From an uncultured archaeon (GTDB lineage: Archaea; Aenigmatarchaeota; Aenigmatarchaeia; CG10238-14), in the NCBI GenBank assembly GCA_964392445.1, contig CAYMPD010000001.1, positions 61,030 to 125,029 on the forward strand: DNA of 64,000 nt. Direction: 5' to 3'. The notes below the pieces were generated by a model. That model was not told where the DNA came from, did no database searches, and saw only the letters and a program-made list of their open reading frames with translations. The position numbers and the translations under genes were made by a program. Shown here one piece after another: positions 45,815 through 56,562 of this stretch; within the stretch, counting starts at the first letter, position 1; each line of letters starts with the position of its first letter.

Positions 45815-47611
45815 TCATTCCTCTTTTACAACTATTTTTGGATGTATTAACATACTCTTTAGCTCGTCTAAAAGAAGCTTGAAAGCATAAGCCATTTTAA
45901 CTTCAATAATCTTAGAATCTCCACAAACAGGACAGAATTTTTTGTTTTTTATTTTATCATAAACAGCTGGTAAACCACATTCTTTGCATATCGGAATCTT
46001 TGTCTTGTCTGCATCAAATCTTTCTTTGAGTAATAGAGAACTACCATGAGCGATTAAACAGTCCTTCTCCATCTCTCCTAATCTAAGTCCTCCTCTCTTA
46101 GATTTTCCTTCTGTAGGTTGCTTTGTCAATAAAGTGACAGGTCCTCTGGATCTTGCGTGTATCTTATTTGAAACTAAGTGATCTAATTTCTGGTAAAAGA
46201 CGCTTCCAGCAAATATATTATTCTTGTACTTCTCACCTGTATCTGCATTATAAAATGAGTCTTTCCCATTCTCGTTAAATCCGTTTTCTTCTAATTTCTC
46301 TCTTAAATCCTTCTCTGAAACAGGATGAAAAGCAGGACTCATTATCCTTTCACCTTCTAAAGCAGATACTTTACCCGTCATTATTTCTAAAAGTTTTCCC
46401 ATAGTCATCCTTGATGGAATTCCGTGGGGATCAAATATTATATCCGGAACAACTCCTTGTTTTGAAAATGGTAAATCTTCTTGAGGAATAATTAAACCAA
46501 TAACACCTTTCTGACCGTGCCTGCTCGCAAACTTATCACCTATTTCTGGTTTTTTCAAATCTCGAACAACCACCTTGACAAGTCTATTTCCTCCCTCGCT
46601 CTCAGTTACGAAAACCCTATCAACTATCCCTTGCTCACCATGTCTTAACTTAACAGATGTCTCTCTGAGATTTTCCAAATCGGTAATAAATTGATCCGGA
46701 CTTCCTAAGAATCTTAAAGGTGAGGTTTTACCTATTACAACCTGCTCGTTCTCCAGTTCTGTTTCAGGATTAACGATTCCATCTTCTGGTAAATGTTTGT
46801 AAGCATCCTCTCCTCCGTATCCCTTCACACCAGGTTCTGGAACGCCTATAATATCCTCCTGACCACCCATGTACCTTTTTTCCTCAGCTTCATAAGATCT
46901 GAAAAGATAGCTCCAAAACAAACCTCTTTCTATCGCGGACTTATTCATGATTACTGCGTCTTCTATATTAAAACACTTGAATGGCATTAAAACCACAGTT
47001 GTGTTATGTCCACCAGAATGAGTTTCGTGTTGAAGGACATCGTCTATATGAGTTTTAACCAAGAATTTTTGGGGGTAAACAAGAATATTAGTTTTTGTGT
47101 CAACTCTCTTCAGAAAATTCGTAGAGAACATACCAATTGCCTGTCCAATCATCTTAGAACCAAAATTTACTCTGTCACCACGATTGAATTCAGGAAAAGG
47201 AACAAAGGCAGTTGATATGCCAAAAATGACCAAAGGATCAAGTTCAAGATGTGTGTGTTCTTTTGTGAGGTTCTTAGGCTTGAGAGCTACATAAGCATTT
47301 TCTTCTTCCTCCGCATCCAAATACTCAATAATACCAGTGTTGATTAAATCGTGCCACTTCATTTCTCCCTTCTTTAATTTTTCCAAGTGTTCTCTCGTTA
47401 ACTTGGGTTTACCATCTTCAACCACGATTAATGGTCTCCTTACCCTCCCAGGATCAGTGACTATTTTTACCTCGTTAAGATATTCCAAATGAGAAATATT
47501 GATTTGATTAGGTACTTTTCCTGCTCTTCTTTTTTCTCTTAAATCATCTACTAATTTATCTGGTTCATCGGTGTCCCCGACATATCTACCATCAATAAAT
47601 ATCTCTGTCAT
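45815..47611 (-). CDS. rpoB1: RNA polymerase subunit B' (Rpo2C)
   Basis: GDKFASRHGQKG, PSRMT and GGLRLGEMEKD motifs, C-terminal Zn ribbon. Confidence 0.98.
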   Translation of the reverse strand: MTEIFIDGRYVGDTDEPDKLVDDLREKRRAGKVPNQINISHLEYLNEVKIVTDPGRVRRPLIVVEDGKPKLTREHLEKLKKGEMKWHDLINTGIIEYLDAEEEENAYVALKPKNLTKEHTHLELDPLVIFGISTAFVPFPEFNRGDRVNFGSKMIGQAIGMFSTNFLKRVDTKTNILVYPQKFLVKTHIDDVLQHETHSGGHNTTVVLMPFKCFNIEDAVIMNKSAIERGLFWSYLFRSYEAEEKRYMGGQEDIIGVPEPGVKGYGGEDAYKHLPEDGIVNPETELENEQVVIGKTSPLRFLGSPDQFITDLENLRETSVKLRHGEQGIVDRVFVTESEGGNRLVKVVVRDLKKPEIGDKFASRHGQKGVIGLIIPQEDLPFSKQGVVPDIIFDPHGIPSRMTMGKLLEIMTGKVSALEGERIMSPAFHPVSEKDLREKLEENGFNENGKDSFYNADTGEKYKNNIFAGSVFYQKLDHLVSNKIHARSRGPVTLLTKQPTEGKSKRGGLRLGEMEKDCLIAHGSSLLLKERFDADKTKIPICKECGLPAVYDKIKNKKFCPVCGDSKIIEVKMAYAFKLLLDELKSMLIHPKIVVKEE

Positions 47612-49158
47612 GGTTTACCACCCATATTTTTCTTAACATAATCAAACAGTAATTTCCTATCCTTTTCAGCTAAACCTGTTGTTACCCTAGCCATTATAGC
47701 CAAGTATTTTCTTAAACCAATTGTTGCTCCTTCTGGTGTCTGAGATGGATCTATTCTCCCCCAGTGTGTGGGATGTAATTCCCTTGCTTCAAAGTGTTCC
47801 TGAGTTGGTGTTAGTGGAGATAGGACATTCCGAATGTGAGATATAGTTTTAACAAAACTATCTCTTTCTAACCTCTGAGAAACACCAGTTCTCCCACCTA
47901 CCCAAGAACCTATAGCTATTGCTGAGACTATTTGGTTTGTTAAAACATTTGATTCGACTATAGAAGGCAAAGGTGGGAATCTTCCTCTTTTCGTAAGTTT
48001 TTGATAATTATAATTTATCCTAGTTATTAGGCCCCACTTGCCAAGTAAAATTGATCTGAATAGAATCTCTAAAAGGTCGCCAACTAGTCTTATTCTCTTG
48101 TTGGAATAATGATCTAAATCATAATCAGGTATCTTGTCAAGGTTGGATTGAATTATTTTCTCGATGGCTTTTGCCAAGAATTCTCCTTTTTCGTATCTAT
48201 TCTTTTCTTTCTGTCCCAAATGAGGTAGTAAGTATCTATCTATAATTTTCTCAGCCCTTGCTATCCTATACTCTTTTTGAGGTATTTTTAGATGAGCACC
48301 TATTTCTTCTATCGCCTCCTCAACTGTTGAAGAGTCAGTTTCAAATAGATTTGAATAGAATTCCTGCTGTACTTCTGGATCATCAGATATTTTTTCTATT
48401 ATTTCTTTGTCAGATTCTAGCCCCAAAGCTCTCAGAAGAATAACAACTGGAAGCCTGTTAATGTTAGCAAAGTTGATCCTTATTATTCCATCCGTCTTTC
48501 TTTCAACTATGTGTCTTTGAACATAACCATCTTTTGAAGAATGTATACGAGCGTTTTCTGTTATATTTGATAAGCTTGAGTCCTCAATAATAATCCGGTT
48601 AGGGCATATCTCTTCTATTAAAACTAGGACCCTTTCTGTACCATTAATGATAAAGTATCCTCCAGGATCGTCTGGATCTTCGCCAGCTTCTATAAGTTCT
48701 CTTTTACTCATACCTGAAAGAGGACACATCTTAGATTTAATCATAACAGGTAAATCACCGAAATTTACATACATTGTTTCACTTTCTATCCCATTTAAAA
48801 CAGGTGTCATTTCAATATACATTGGTGCTGCGTAACTGAGATCCCTCATCCTAGCCTCTAAAGGAAGTATTTCTCTTATAGAACCATCCGCCTCTTTTAC
48901 TGACGGTCTTCCTATTTTAAACTTACCGAGTTTTATCTTGAAATCTCCTATATCAGGAACCTCTGGCTTAATTTCTTTTATTTCCTTTATAATTCTAGGT
49001 ATTCTTGACTCGATGAACTCATTGAAAGATTCTAACTGAAAATCTATAAATCCCTCTTCTTTTACAAATGATTCTAACAATATTTGAAATCCTTCTAAAT
49101 CGTTCTTTTTTAAATTAGATACCTTCTTTTCCTTTTGTTGGATTTTAGACGACTTCAA
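47608..49158 (-). CDS. rpoB2: RNA polymerase subunit B'' (Rpo2N)
   Basis: QLESFNEF, GYFIINGTERV, RTGVSQRL, HPTHWG and TPEG motifs. Start moved to TTG 49158 (after SD GGTGA) because the track GTG lies inside tRNA-Asp. Confidence 0.95.
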   Translation of the reverse strand: MKSSKIQQKEKKVSNLKKNDLEGFQILLESFVKEEGFIDFQLESFNEFIESRIPRIIKEIKEIKPEVPDIGDFKIKLGKFKIGRPSVKEADGSIREILPLEARMRDLSYAAPMYIEMTPVLNGIESETMYVNFGDLPVMIKSKMCPLSGMSKRELIEAGEDPDDPGGYFIINGTERVLVLIEEICPNRIIIEDSSLSNITENARIHSSKDGYVQRHIVERKTDGIIRINFANINRLPVVILLRALGLESDKEIIEKISDDPEVQQEFYSNLFETDSSTVEEAIEEIGAHLKIPQKEYRIARAEKIIDRYLLPHLGQKEKNRYEKGEFLAKAIEKIIQSNLDKIPDYDLDHYSNKRIRLVGDLLEILFRSILLGKWGLITRINYNYQKLTKRGRFPPLPSIVESNVLTNQIVSAIAIGSWVGGRTGVSQRLERDSFVKTISHIRNVLSPLTPTQEHFEARELHPTHWGRIDPSQTPEGATIGLRKYLAIMARVTTGLAEKDRKLLFDYVKKNMGGKP

Positions 49159-49177
49159 CTCATCACCAAAATAGAAG

Positions 49178-49300
49178 CGCCCTGGACGGGATTTGAACCC
49201 GTGTCCCGGGAGTTCTCCCACTTAAAGTGTTGACAGTCCCGGATTCTACAACATTTTAAATCATTAAATGTTTTGATAGACCGAGCTACACTACCAGGGC
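49178..49300 (-). tRNA. tRNA-Asp(GUC) with two introns (30 nt in the D-arm at ~24/25, 49244-49273; 18 nt at 37/38, 49213-49230)
   Basis: Removing both inserts gives a 75-nt cloverleaf: GCCCTGG acceptor, CGGGA/TCCCG anticodon stem with loop CTGTCAC, T-loop TTCAAAT. Confidence 0.9.
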
Positions 49301-49373
49301 AGATTAGGTTAAAACAGAATTTTGTAGTTTGTTTTTGGGAGATCAATAAACAACACCGGGGTAATTATTAAAT

Positions 49374-49487
49374 AGTTGGCAACGTCCTGGATTTCCCGCC
49401 AATGGCAGTACACCCCAGATCACTAGAGGTCTTAATTACCGTGTTCGGATGAGAACGGATGTTTCCCCTCTGTTTTGGTCGCCAACT
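49374..49487 (-). rRNA. rrf: 5S rRNA (not linked to 16S/23S in this window)
   Basis: Terminal helix AGTTGGC..GCCAACT and CCGTTCTCATCCGAACACGG-TAATTAAG loop C/helix motif. Ends are approximate. Confidence 0.85.
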
Positions 49488-49585
49488 CTAATACTATATA
49501 CCATCATCTATTTAAATCTAATCAATATCGTGTATTTTTAGGAAATAAGATATAAATGTTTTATTTCTCTTAAAAGAAAGGTCAA

Positions 49586-49700
49586 TCCCCTCGGCCGGGG
49601 TTGAACCAGCAACCTCACGGTTTCTACGAACGCTTACTGGTGATGAATGCAAAACAGCAAACATCTACAGCCGTGCGCTCTACCATTGAGCTACAAGGGG
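49586..49700 (-). tRNA. tRNA-Tyr(GUA) with a 43-nt canonical intron (49622-49664)
   Basis: C1:G72 and A73 archaeal Tyr identity elements, CACGG/CCGTG anticodon stem, GTA anticodon. Confidence 0.92.
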
Positions 49701-49728
49701 TTATTACTTATTAGAAATAGTGGTAAGA

Positions 49729-51162
49729 TTATTTAACTTTTCCCGTTATTGAAATTGATTTTGAGACAACTCTTCTGTTTCTTGTTACTTTTCCCTTGTA
49801 TGTGAGATAAGATTTAGGTAATTTTAGCTTACCAATAACATCAATCAAAGGTTTAATCTTGTAGGTTAGAACTATCTCTTCTCCTGATTTTAGCTTTTCA
49901 ATATGCCATTTCAGCTCAGTCCCAGATGATTTAACATTAATTTCAGGTTTTCTTGTGTCAAATTTTCTTATAACCTTGGCTATTGGTGGAACAGTATCTT
50001 TTACAATTACATCTTTTATTGTCCCTCCCCTTCTATTCTTCACATGAAGTGTTATTTTCAGTTCTTCCTCTCCCGATAAAACTCCCAAAAACTTCTTCTT
50101 TAACATCGGCTTGCTGAGATATTCGTAAACCAATATTACCAAAAGTGTGAGTGTTAAGAATGTTATAAAAACATTGATGAATCTCAATTTGTACCTGATT
50201 ATTTTTGTTTGTCCTGGATCTAAATCCTTAATTTTCCAAGTGTATATAATCCTGTTCTCTTTTTCTTGTTCTGTATCTGGTTCTGTTTCCGGATAAAAGA
50301 AGTATTTGGTTATTTGCGGTAAAGATTCTTCAACAGTATATTCGGAATCTGGGACATTACCTGTGTTTGTGACCTCAATCGCTGTTGCTGTGTAGAAAAA
50401 CCCGTAATCTCGTGTTTCATGTTTACTAATCTTAAACTTCTTGTTAATCTCAAAGTTGTCCCTCTCTTTATCCAGTAAATTATTCAAATTATCTTTTAAT
50501 TCAACTTCAACAAAATAAGTACCATATTCCTGTAAATCATTGACATCATAAAAAGTCTTGATTATTTTAACACTTTTCGGGTTCAAGTCTACGGTCTCTT
50601 CGAATTTTTTAATTGTACTTCCGTCTGTCAGGATTTTTGTGGTTAGATATACTCGGGAAGATTGTGTTTTGTGTAAATTTGTTATAACTGATTCTATACC
50701 CAAACTCTGGCCAGGATCAACTGATTCCTTATCCAACTTTATCTCGGATATAAAAAGGTTAGCTTTCCTTTTAACAGTCAAAAACAGAGAATCCGTGCTC
50801 GTTCGGTTTGTATTCAAAGACCGAGTTGTAATACTAAAAACTATTGTCCCTTCTTCGGCATCTTCTGGTGGTGTGATAAAAACTGGTATTTTTTTGGTCT
50901 CATCGGGGTCAACTGTCACCCAATATTTCTCAAGTCTTACCCATTGAGTAGGCCAGATAGTGATGTATACTGTGTCTCTTTGATTTCCTTCATTTTTAAT
51001 CGGGATATTGACCTCATTTGTTTCCCCAGCATGGATAATCACAGTAGATTCTGGAGAGAAAATCTTGATATCTTCAGCAATAGCGATACTCGAAATAAAT
51101 GCAAGAAGTGCGAGTAAAGTAAAAACTAGTGTCTTTTTTTTAAGCATAGTATCTATAAACAA
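49729..51162 (-). CDS. Cell-surface Ig-like/CARDB-type membrane protein
   Basis: Signal peptide, repeated IKNEG / VTNTGN Ig-like strands, internal TM helix. Confidence 0.68.
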   Translation of the reverse strand: MFIDTMLKKKTLVFTLLALLAFISSIAIAEDIKIFSPESTVIIHAGETNEVNIPIKNEGNQRDTVYITIWPTQWVRLEKYWVTVDPDETKKIPVFITPPEDAEEGTIVFSITTRSLNTNRTSTDSLFLTVKRKANLFISEIKLDKESVDPGQSLGIESVITNLHKTQSSRVYLTTKILTDGSTIKKFEETVDLNPKSVKIIKTFYDVNDLQEYGTYFVEVELKDNLNNLLDKERDNFEINKKFKISKHETRDYGFFYTATAIEVTNTGNVPDSEYTVEESLPQITKYFFYPETEPDTEQEKENRIIYTWKIKDLDPGQTKIIRYKLRFINVFITFLTLTLLVILVYEYLSKPMLKKKFLGVLSGEEELKITLHVKNRRGGTIKDVIVKDTVPPIAKVIRKFDTRKPEINVKSSGTELKWHIEKLKSGEEIVLTYKIKPLIDVIGKLKLPKSYLTYKGKVTRNRRVVSKSISITGKVK

Positions 51163-51189
51163 ATTTATTTTTAAACAATTAAAAGTTTC

Positions 51190-51903
51190 TTACTCTTTAG
51201 TTTTTTTGAAAAAATTCTTTACTTTATCACCGAAATTAAATTTCTCTTTTTCTACTGATTCTCTTTCCTTTTTTAGTTCTTTAAGTCTTCTGGACAATTC
51301 ATCTATTTGTTGATCTAATGGTTTCCAATGGTACCTACCTTTTCTACTGTAATCCATGAACCAAGATATCTCTTTTCCATATTTTTCTTCCCAAGTTAAT
51401 CTTTCGAATGATACTCTGTTAGTTTCGTGTGCTTCTTTGTAAGATAATGGGAATCCGAGTGTTATCATAGCAACCGGTCTTACATCTTCTGGTAATTGAA
51501 CTATACTTCCTACTTTATCCTCTTCAAATGCACCAATCCAACAAGCACCTAGTCCGAGATCATGAGCCATCAAAAGCATGTTTTGGATGCAAGCTGCAGT
51601 GTCTTGAAGAGAATAAACTTCTTTCCCTCTTTCTCTATACTTTAATCCTATTTTTTTCAGATTTGCTACTACTACTATTACCACTGGTGCTTCTTCAACA
51701 TGTTCCTGTCTTAAAGCGGCTTTAGATAATTTTATCTTTTTTTCTCTGTCTCTTACAATAATAAATTCCCATTCCTGAGTATTGCCTGCAGAAGGCGCAT
51801 AAGTACCTGCGACTAGAACCTGTGCTAGTAATTCGTTAGGAACATCTTTTTTGTCGTAATTTCTTACTGATACCCGAGATTCAATACAATCAAAAACATC
51901 CAT
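51190..51903 (-). CDS. Nitroreductase-family protein with charged C-terminal extension
   Basis: SRVSVRNY, APSAGNTQEWEF and LGLGACWIG motifs. Confidence 0.88.
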   Translation of the reverse strand: MDVFDCIESRVSVRNYDKKDVPNELLAQVLVAGTYAPSAGNTQEWEFIIVRDREKKIKLSKAALRQEHVEEAPVVIVVVANLKKIGLKYRERGKEVYSLQDTAACIQNMLLMAHDLGLGACWIGAFEEDKVGSIVQLPEDVRPVAMITLGFPLSYKEAHETNRVSFERLTWEEKYGKEISWFMDYSRKGRYHWKPLDQQIDELSRRLKELKKERESVEKEKFNFGDKVKNFFKKTKE

Positions 51904-51985
51904 GATTAGAATTAGATTTGTGAGGTATTAAATTTTCAGGATACTACCAAAAACTATTAACCTCTAAGAAAAACAATAATTAACC

Positions 51986-53650
51986 ATGAAATATTCCACA
52001 CTAGTTGATACCTACGAAAAACTCGAAAAAGAATCTGGAAAACTTAAAAAAACAGAAATACTAGCCAAATTACTTGAAAAAACACCCACAGAATTATTGC
52101 CACAAATAGTTCTACTAGCATCTGGAAAAATATTTCCAACCAAATCCGAAGAAAAAACAGGTATTGCTAACAAGATGATGATCAAGACCCTATCAAAAAC
52201 AATAGGTCTAACAGAAAAAGAAGTGACAAAAAAATTCCGAGAACTTGGTGATCTAGGTACGGTCGCAGAAAAATGTGTGGAAGGAAAAACTCAATCCTCA
52301 TTACTCCAAAAAGAATTAACAGTAAGTTTAGTCTTTGATAATCTCCAAAAATTATCCCAAATAGAGGGACAAGGTTCTCAAGACAGAAAAATGAATCTAA
52401 TTTCAGAATTACTAACATCATCAAAACCCAAAGAAGCAAAATACATCGTAAGAACCGCACTTGAGACCTTAAGAATAGGTGTTGCCGAGGGTATAACTAG
52501 GGACGCAATCTCACAAGCCTTTGGAGTAGATAAAAAAAATGTAGAAAGAGCTTGGTTCTTAAACCCTAACTACGGAAAAATCGCGAAAATAGCTAAAGAA
52601 AAAGGAGAGGGGGGCTTACAAAAAGTTAATCTAACAATAGGAAATCCTTACATCGTAATGTTGGGTGAATCTGCTAAAACACTTGAAGAAGCTCTGGAAA
52701 AATACGAAAAACCGATAATAGAGTACAAGTATGATGGTGTAAGAATAGAAATACACAAGAAAAAAGACCAAATAACACTTTTCACCAGAAGATTAGAAGA
52801 CGTTACAAATCAATTCCCTGACTTAGTTGAATTAGTCAAAAAGGGAATCAAATGTGAAGAATGCATCGTAGAAGGAGAATTAATCGGTATTAATCCTGAA
52901 ACCAACAACCCAATCCCATTCCAACAATTGTCTCGGCGTATACAAAGAAAATATGAAATCAAAAAAATGACCAAGAAAATACCAATAAGAATGTACTTGT
53001 TTGACCTTGTTTTTGTCGACGGAAAAAGTTATCTAAACGAGAATTACAAAAAAAGAAGGGGAAAATTGGAAAAAATTATTGAAATGACCAAAGACAAGTT
53101 TGAATTGTCACAAAGTCTTGTCCCAAAAAATCTTGAAGAAGCAAAGGAATTCTACCAAAAAGCATCAATGGAACAGGAAGGTGTGATGGTAAAGAATCTT
53201 GAAGCCGAATACCAACCCGGACGAAGAGTGGGACAATGGTTGAAAGTAAAGCCTATCCTCGAACCCCTAGACTTAGCAATAGTTGAAGCTCAATGGGGAA
53301 CAGGAAAAAGGTCCAATTGGTTTGGGTCGTTCACATTAGCTTGTCTAAATGAATCCGATAAATATCTCCCTTGCGGAAAACTCGGCACTGGATTAAGTGA
53401 TGAACAATTTGAAAAATTAACAAAGGAACTAAAAGATCTAGTAATAAAAGAATCGGGAAGAGAAGTAAAACTAAAACCAGAAACTATCGTAGAAGTTGGT
53501 TATGAAGAGATACAAAAATCACCAAAATACGAGTCAGGTTATGCATTAAGATTTCCAAGGTTGATCCGATTTAGGCCCGATAGAGATAAACCTAATAAAC
53601 TTAAAAAAATTGAAAATCTGTATGAAAAGGACAGTAAAACAAACAAATAA
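51986..53650 (+). CDS. lig: ATP-dependent DNA ligase
   Basis: EYKYDGVR (motif I), VEGEL, LFDL, EGVMVK, WLKVK and LRFPR motifs. Confidence 0.96.
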   Translation: MKYSTLVDTYEKLEKESGKLKKTEILAKLLEKTPTELLPQIVLLASGKIFPTKSEEKTGIANKMMIKTLSKTIGLTEKEVTKKFRELGDLGTVAEKCVEGKTQSSLLQKELTVSLVFDNLQKLSQIEGQGSQDRKMNLISELLTSSKPKEAKYIVRTALETLRIGVAEGITRDAISQAFGVDKKNVERAWFLNPNYGKIAKIAKEKGEGGLQKVNLTIGNPYIVMLGESAKTLEEALEKYEKPIIEYKYDGVRIEIHKKKDQITLFTRRLEDVTNQFPDLVELVKKGIKCEECIVEGELIGINPETNNPIPFQQLSRRIQRKYEIKKMTKKIPIRMYLFDLVFVDGKSYLNENYKKRRGKLEKIIEMTKDKFELSQSLVPKNLEEAKEFYQKASMEQEGVMVKNLEAEYQPGRRVGQWLKVKPILEPLDLAIVEAQWGTGKRSNWFGSFTLACLNESDKYLPCGKLGTGLSDEQFEKLTKELKDLVIKESGREVKLKPETIVEVGYEEIQKSPKYESGYALRFPRLIRFRPDRDKPNKLKKIENLYEKDSKTNK

Positions 53651-53754
53651 GAAAAATAAATTAAACCAGATAGAAATAAAATTCATTCAAAGTTAAAAAC
53701 AAACAAATAAATTCTTAAATGCTCAATCACTATTAAGTAATAAGGGGGTGTAAC

Positions 53755-54591
53755 ATGTTAGCCTCATCCGAAGTCATGGATGCATTGAAAAGTATTGGAT
53801 TAAACTTATACGAGAGAAAACTATGGGTTGCACTTCTTGCCAAAGGTGTTGCTACGGCCGGAGAACTTTCGGCGGTTGCAAATGTCCCGAGATCAAGAAG
53901 TTATGATGTACTCCAAACGCTAGCTGATAAAGGGTTCGTGGTAGTCCAAACTTCTAAACCGTTAAAATATGTGGCAATAGCACCAGAAGAAGCATTAGAA
54001 AAATCGAAAGAGAAATTGAAAGAGGAATACGAAAGAGAAATTAATAGAATAGACAGACTTCAAGATTCCAAACTAGTCGGTGAATTAGAACAAGTACACC
54101 AAAAAGGACTACAACTAGTATTACCAGAAGACCTGACAGGGTCACTAAAAGGACGATATTCGGTTCTACAACAAACGGATAGTATGCTAAGAAATGCATC
54201 GGATTCAGTAAATATAGTAACAACACCTACAGGTTTGAATGAATTGTACGAGAACCAATTCAACATTCTTAAAAAACTAAAGAATAAAGGAGTTAAGATA
54301 AGAATCGCCACCAAAAAAGATGAGCGGTGTTCAGATGCGATTAAAGCTTTCTCAGGAATAGCAGAAATCAAAAATATCTCAGATATTAGAGTTCCTTTGC
54401 ATGGAAATTTCTATGTTATTGATGGTAAACAATTATCAATGGGATTATCTGACCCTGAGAGTGTTCATACATCACAACAAATGATGTTTTGGACAAAATC
54501 TAATTATGCTGCAGAAAATCTTGGAAAACCTTTATTTGACCTCGTTTGGCACAATGCAACTGATATAAAAGCTCGTAGTAAAGCAAAGTAG
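53755..54591 (+). CDS. TrmB-family transcriptional regulator
   Basis: GLNLYERKLWVALL..VPRSRSYDVLQTLADKGFV motif plus C-terminal effector domain. Confidence 0.88.
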   Translation: MLASSEVMDALKSIGLNLYERKLWVALLAKGVATAGELSAVANVPRSRSYDVLQTLADKGFVVVQTSKPLKYVAIAPEEALEKSKEKLKEEYEREINRIDRLQDSKLVGELEQVHQKGLQLVLPEDLTGSLKGRYSVLQQTDSMLRNASDSVNIVTTPTGLNELYENQFNILKKLKNKGVKIRIATKKDERCSDAIKAFSGIAEIKNISDIRVPLHGNFYVIDGKQLSMGLSDPESVHTSQQMMFWTKSNYAAENLGKPLFDLVWHNATDIKARSKAK

Positions 54592-54620
54592 CCTTTTTTT
54601 CTTTTCCTTTTTGTTTTGAT

Positions 54621-56522
54621 TTAACCTACAAATATTGGTCTCTTTGAGAGTAACTTTGGTAATGAAAGTTTTTTGAATGGTTTCCCTTGAACTTGGTTCT
54701 GTATTTTTTCCACTAATTGTTCAAAGTTCATTTTAACTTCTTCACTTTCCTTTGATCTTATTCTAACAGTGAACTCATTTCCTTTTTTCTCTCTTTCACC
54801 TACAACCAGAATAAATGGAACCCATTCTAATTCTGCATCTCTGACTTTTTTTTGTACTGTTAGTGATCTATCATCCACATCAACTCGGATGTTATCTTTC
54901 TCGAACTTAACCGATACTTCTTCCGCAAAGTCCACATAATCCCCAGAAACCGGTATAAGTCTTACTTGTGTTGGTGATAACCAAAGTGGAAATTCTGGGG
55001 TTTCACCTGATTTCTCTTGTAGATATGCTCTTTCTAACAATGCATAAATATCCCTTTCTATTGCCCCACTCGGGGAACAATGAAGAATTATCACATCATT
55101 TTTCTTACCTTCCTCGTCTATGTATTCTATCCTATATCTCTTAGCGTTCTCAATGTCTATCTGATCGGTTGACAAAGCTGAGCATTTATCTAAAGCGTCC
55201 ACAATATTAAATTCGTACTTCAGAACAAAGTAAAATGCCCTTTTATCCCATATTTCTATCAAAGCCGGTTTACCATGAAGTTCCATTAGTAAGTGTATCA
55301 GGTCTTTGTGATCATTATAAAATTCCTTTGTGAATCTTATTGCTAGTTCATATTCTTCCCTATCAAAACCAATTCCCTCTAAAGTTTCCTGACACATCTT
55401 GAATCTTTTCTTGAATTCTTGTATAGCTTGAGGTATATTTTCACAGAACGCATGAACATCGGGCATGGTGAAAGCTCTTAGCCTCCTTAAACCTGCTAAT
55501 TCGCTCTTCCTTTCTCTTCTGAAACTGTACCTAGTTAACTCGTATAACCAAACTGGGAGGTTCTTGTAGGAAATTGTCATATTGTTTGCCATACAAAACT
55601 GACCAAAACATGCACTGAAACGTGCGAAGAATTCTTTATCTCCGGATTTAATGATGTACTGTCTTGCTGGGAATTTGTTCAGATAATCCACGGCCGCAGG
55701 ATGATTTACACTGTACATTAATGGTGTCTCAACCTCCATTCCTCCATACTCAATTACTTTCTGGGTTACAAAGTCTTCTAGTAATGATTTGATTAATCTT
55801 CCTTTAGGATAAAATCTTAGATTTCCTGAATCACTTGCATCTTCATAGTCAGCAATCTCCATCTCCCTCATCATCTTGATGTGTGGTGGTGCAACCTTAA
55901 CTTCCCTACTTTTAGCAATTTCATACTTGGCAAATTTTTCTAAATTTTTGTATTTTTTGAACTCAAAATCTCCACCCGCGACTAGTTTTTTGTTTTCCAT
56001 CTTTATTGGAATTAATTTTCCGTCTGGTTTCATGACATGCCAATGTGACTTAATTTTCTCTTCTTCTTTTAATGCCTTTGAAATCAATTCTTCTTCCTCT
56101 TTTTTAACCCCCTCAGAAGTTATAGTCTTAGCTTGTTCAGCTAAAGGATGTCCTTTGATCCTAAGCTCGAATTGTTTGTTCCAACCAAAAGGTGCTCGAT
56201 AAACTTTCAATCCCAGTCTTTTTCCTTCAGACTCCATGACTTTTACTACTTTAACCGCCTTGTAAGGATTCAGTAAATTACTACTAAGATGGGCAAAAGG
56301 ATAAACAATAACTTCTTTACATTTAATGATATCTAGACTATCTTTAACCTCTTTCATCGCCTTCTTGGCAACCGCAGAATCATCTCCCTTTTCAGCCGCA
56401 GTAAAAACAACCACAACATCTTCATACCTTTTTTTCTCTTTATCCGACTCTTCAGCCATTTCTATTTCTTTTTCTATTGGTTTGTATTCTATATAATCAA
56501 CATGGAGTTGAAGTATTCTCAT
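54621..56522 (-). CDS. thrS: Threonyl-tRNA synthetase (archaeal type with N-terminal editing domain)
   Basis: MRILQLHVDY editing domain, RFSACFGQF, MPDVH, ILHCSPSGAIER and WLSPTQVR motifs. Confidence 0.96.
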   Translation of the reverse strand: MRILQLHVDYIEYKPIEKEIEMAEESDKEKKRYEDVVVVFTAAEKGDDSAVAKKAMKEVKDSLDIIKCKEVIVYPFAHLSSNLLNPYKAVKVVKVMESEGKRLGLKVYRAPFGWNKQFELRIKGHPLAEQAKTITSEGVKKEEEELISKALKEEEKIKSHWHVMKPDGKLIPIKMENKKLVAGGDFEFKKYKNLEKFAKYEIAKSREVKVAPPHIKMMREMEIADYEDASDSGNLRFYPKGRLIKSLLEDFVTQKVIEYGGMEVETPLMYSVNHPAAVDYLNKFPARQYIIKSGDKEFFARFSACFGQFCMANNMTISYKNLPVWLYELTRYSFRRERKSELAGLRRLRAFTMPDVHAFCENIPQAIQEFKKRFKMCQETLEGIGFDREEYELAIRFTKEFYNDHKDLIHLLMELHGKPALIEIWDKRAFYFVLKYEFNIVDALDKCSALSTDQIDIENAKRYRIEYIDEEGKKNDVIILHCSPSGAIERDIYALLERAYLQEKSGETPEFPLWLSPTQVRLIPVSGDYVDFAEEVSVKFEKDNIRVDVDDRSLTVQKKVRDAELEWVPFILVVGEREKKGNEFTVRIRSKESEEVKMNFEQLVEKIQNQVQGKPFKKLSLPKLLSKRPIFVG

Positions 56523-56562
56523 TCATTTACACCTCTTCAATTATTTCTTAATTATACTTAAA

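Noticed and set aside
49159-49221. N-terminal extension of RpoB'' in the ORF track
   Set aside because: It overlaps tRNA-Asp. TTG at 49158 with an SD is the more plausible start.
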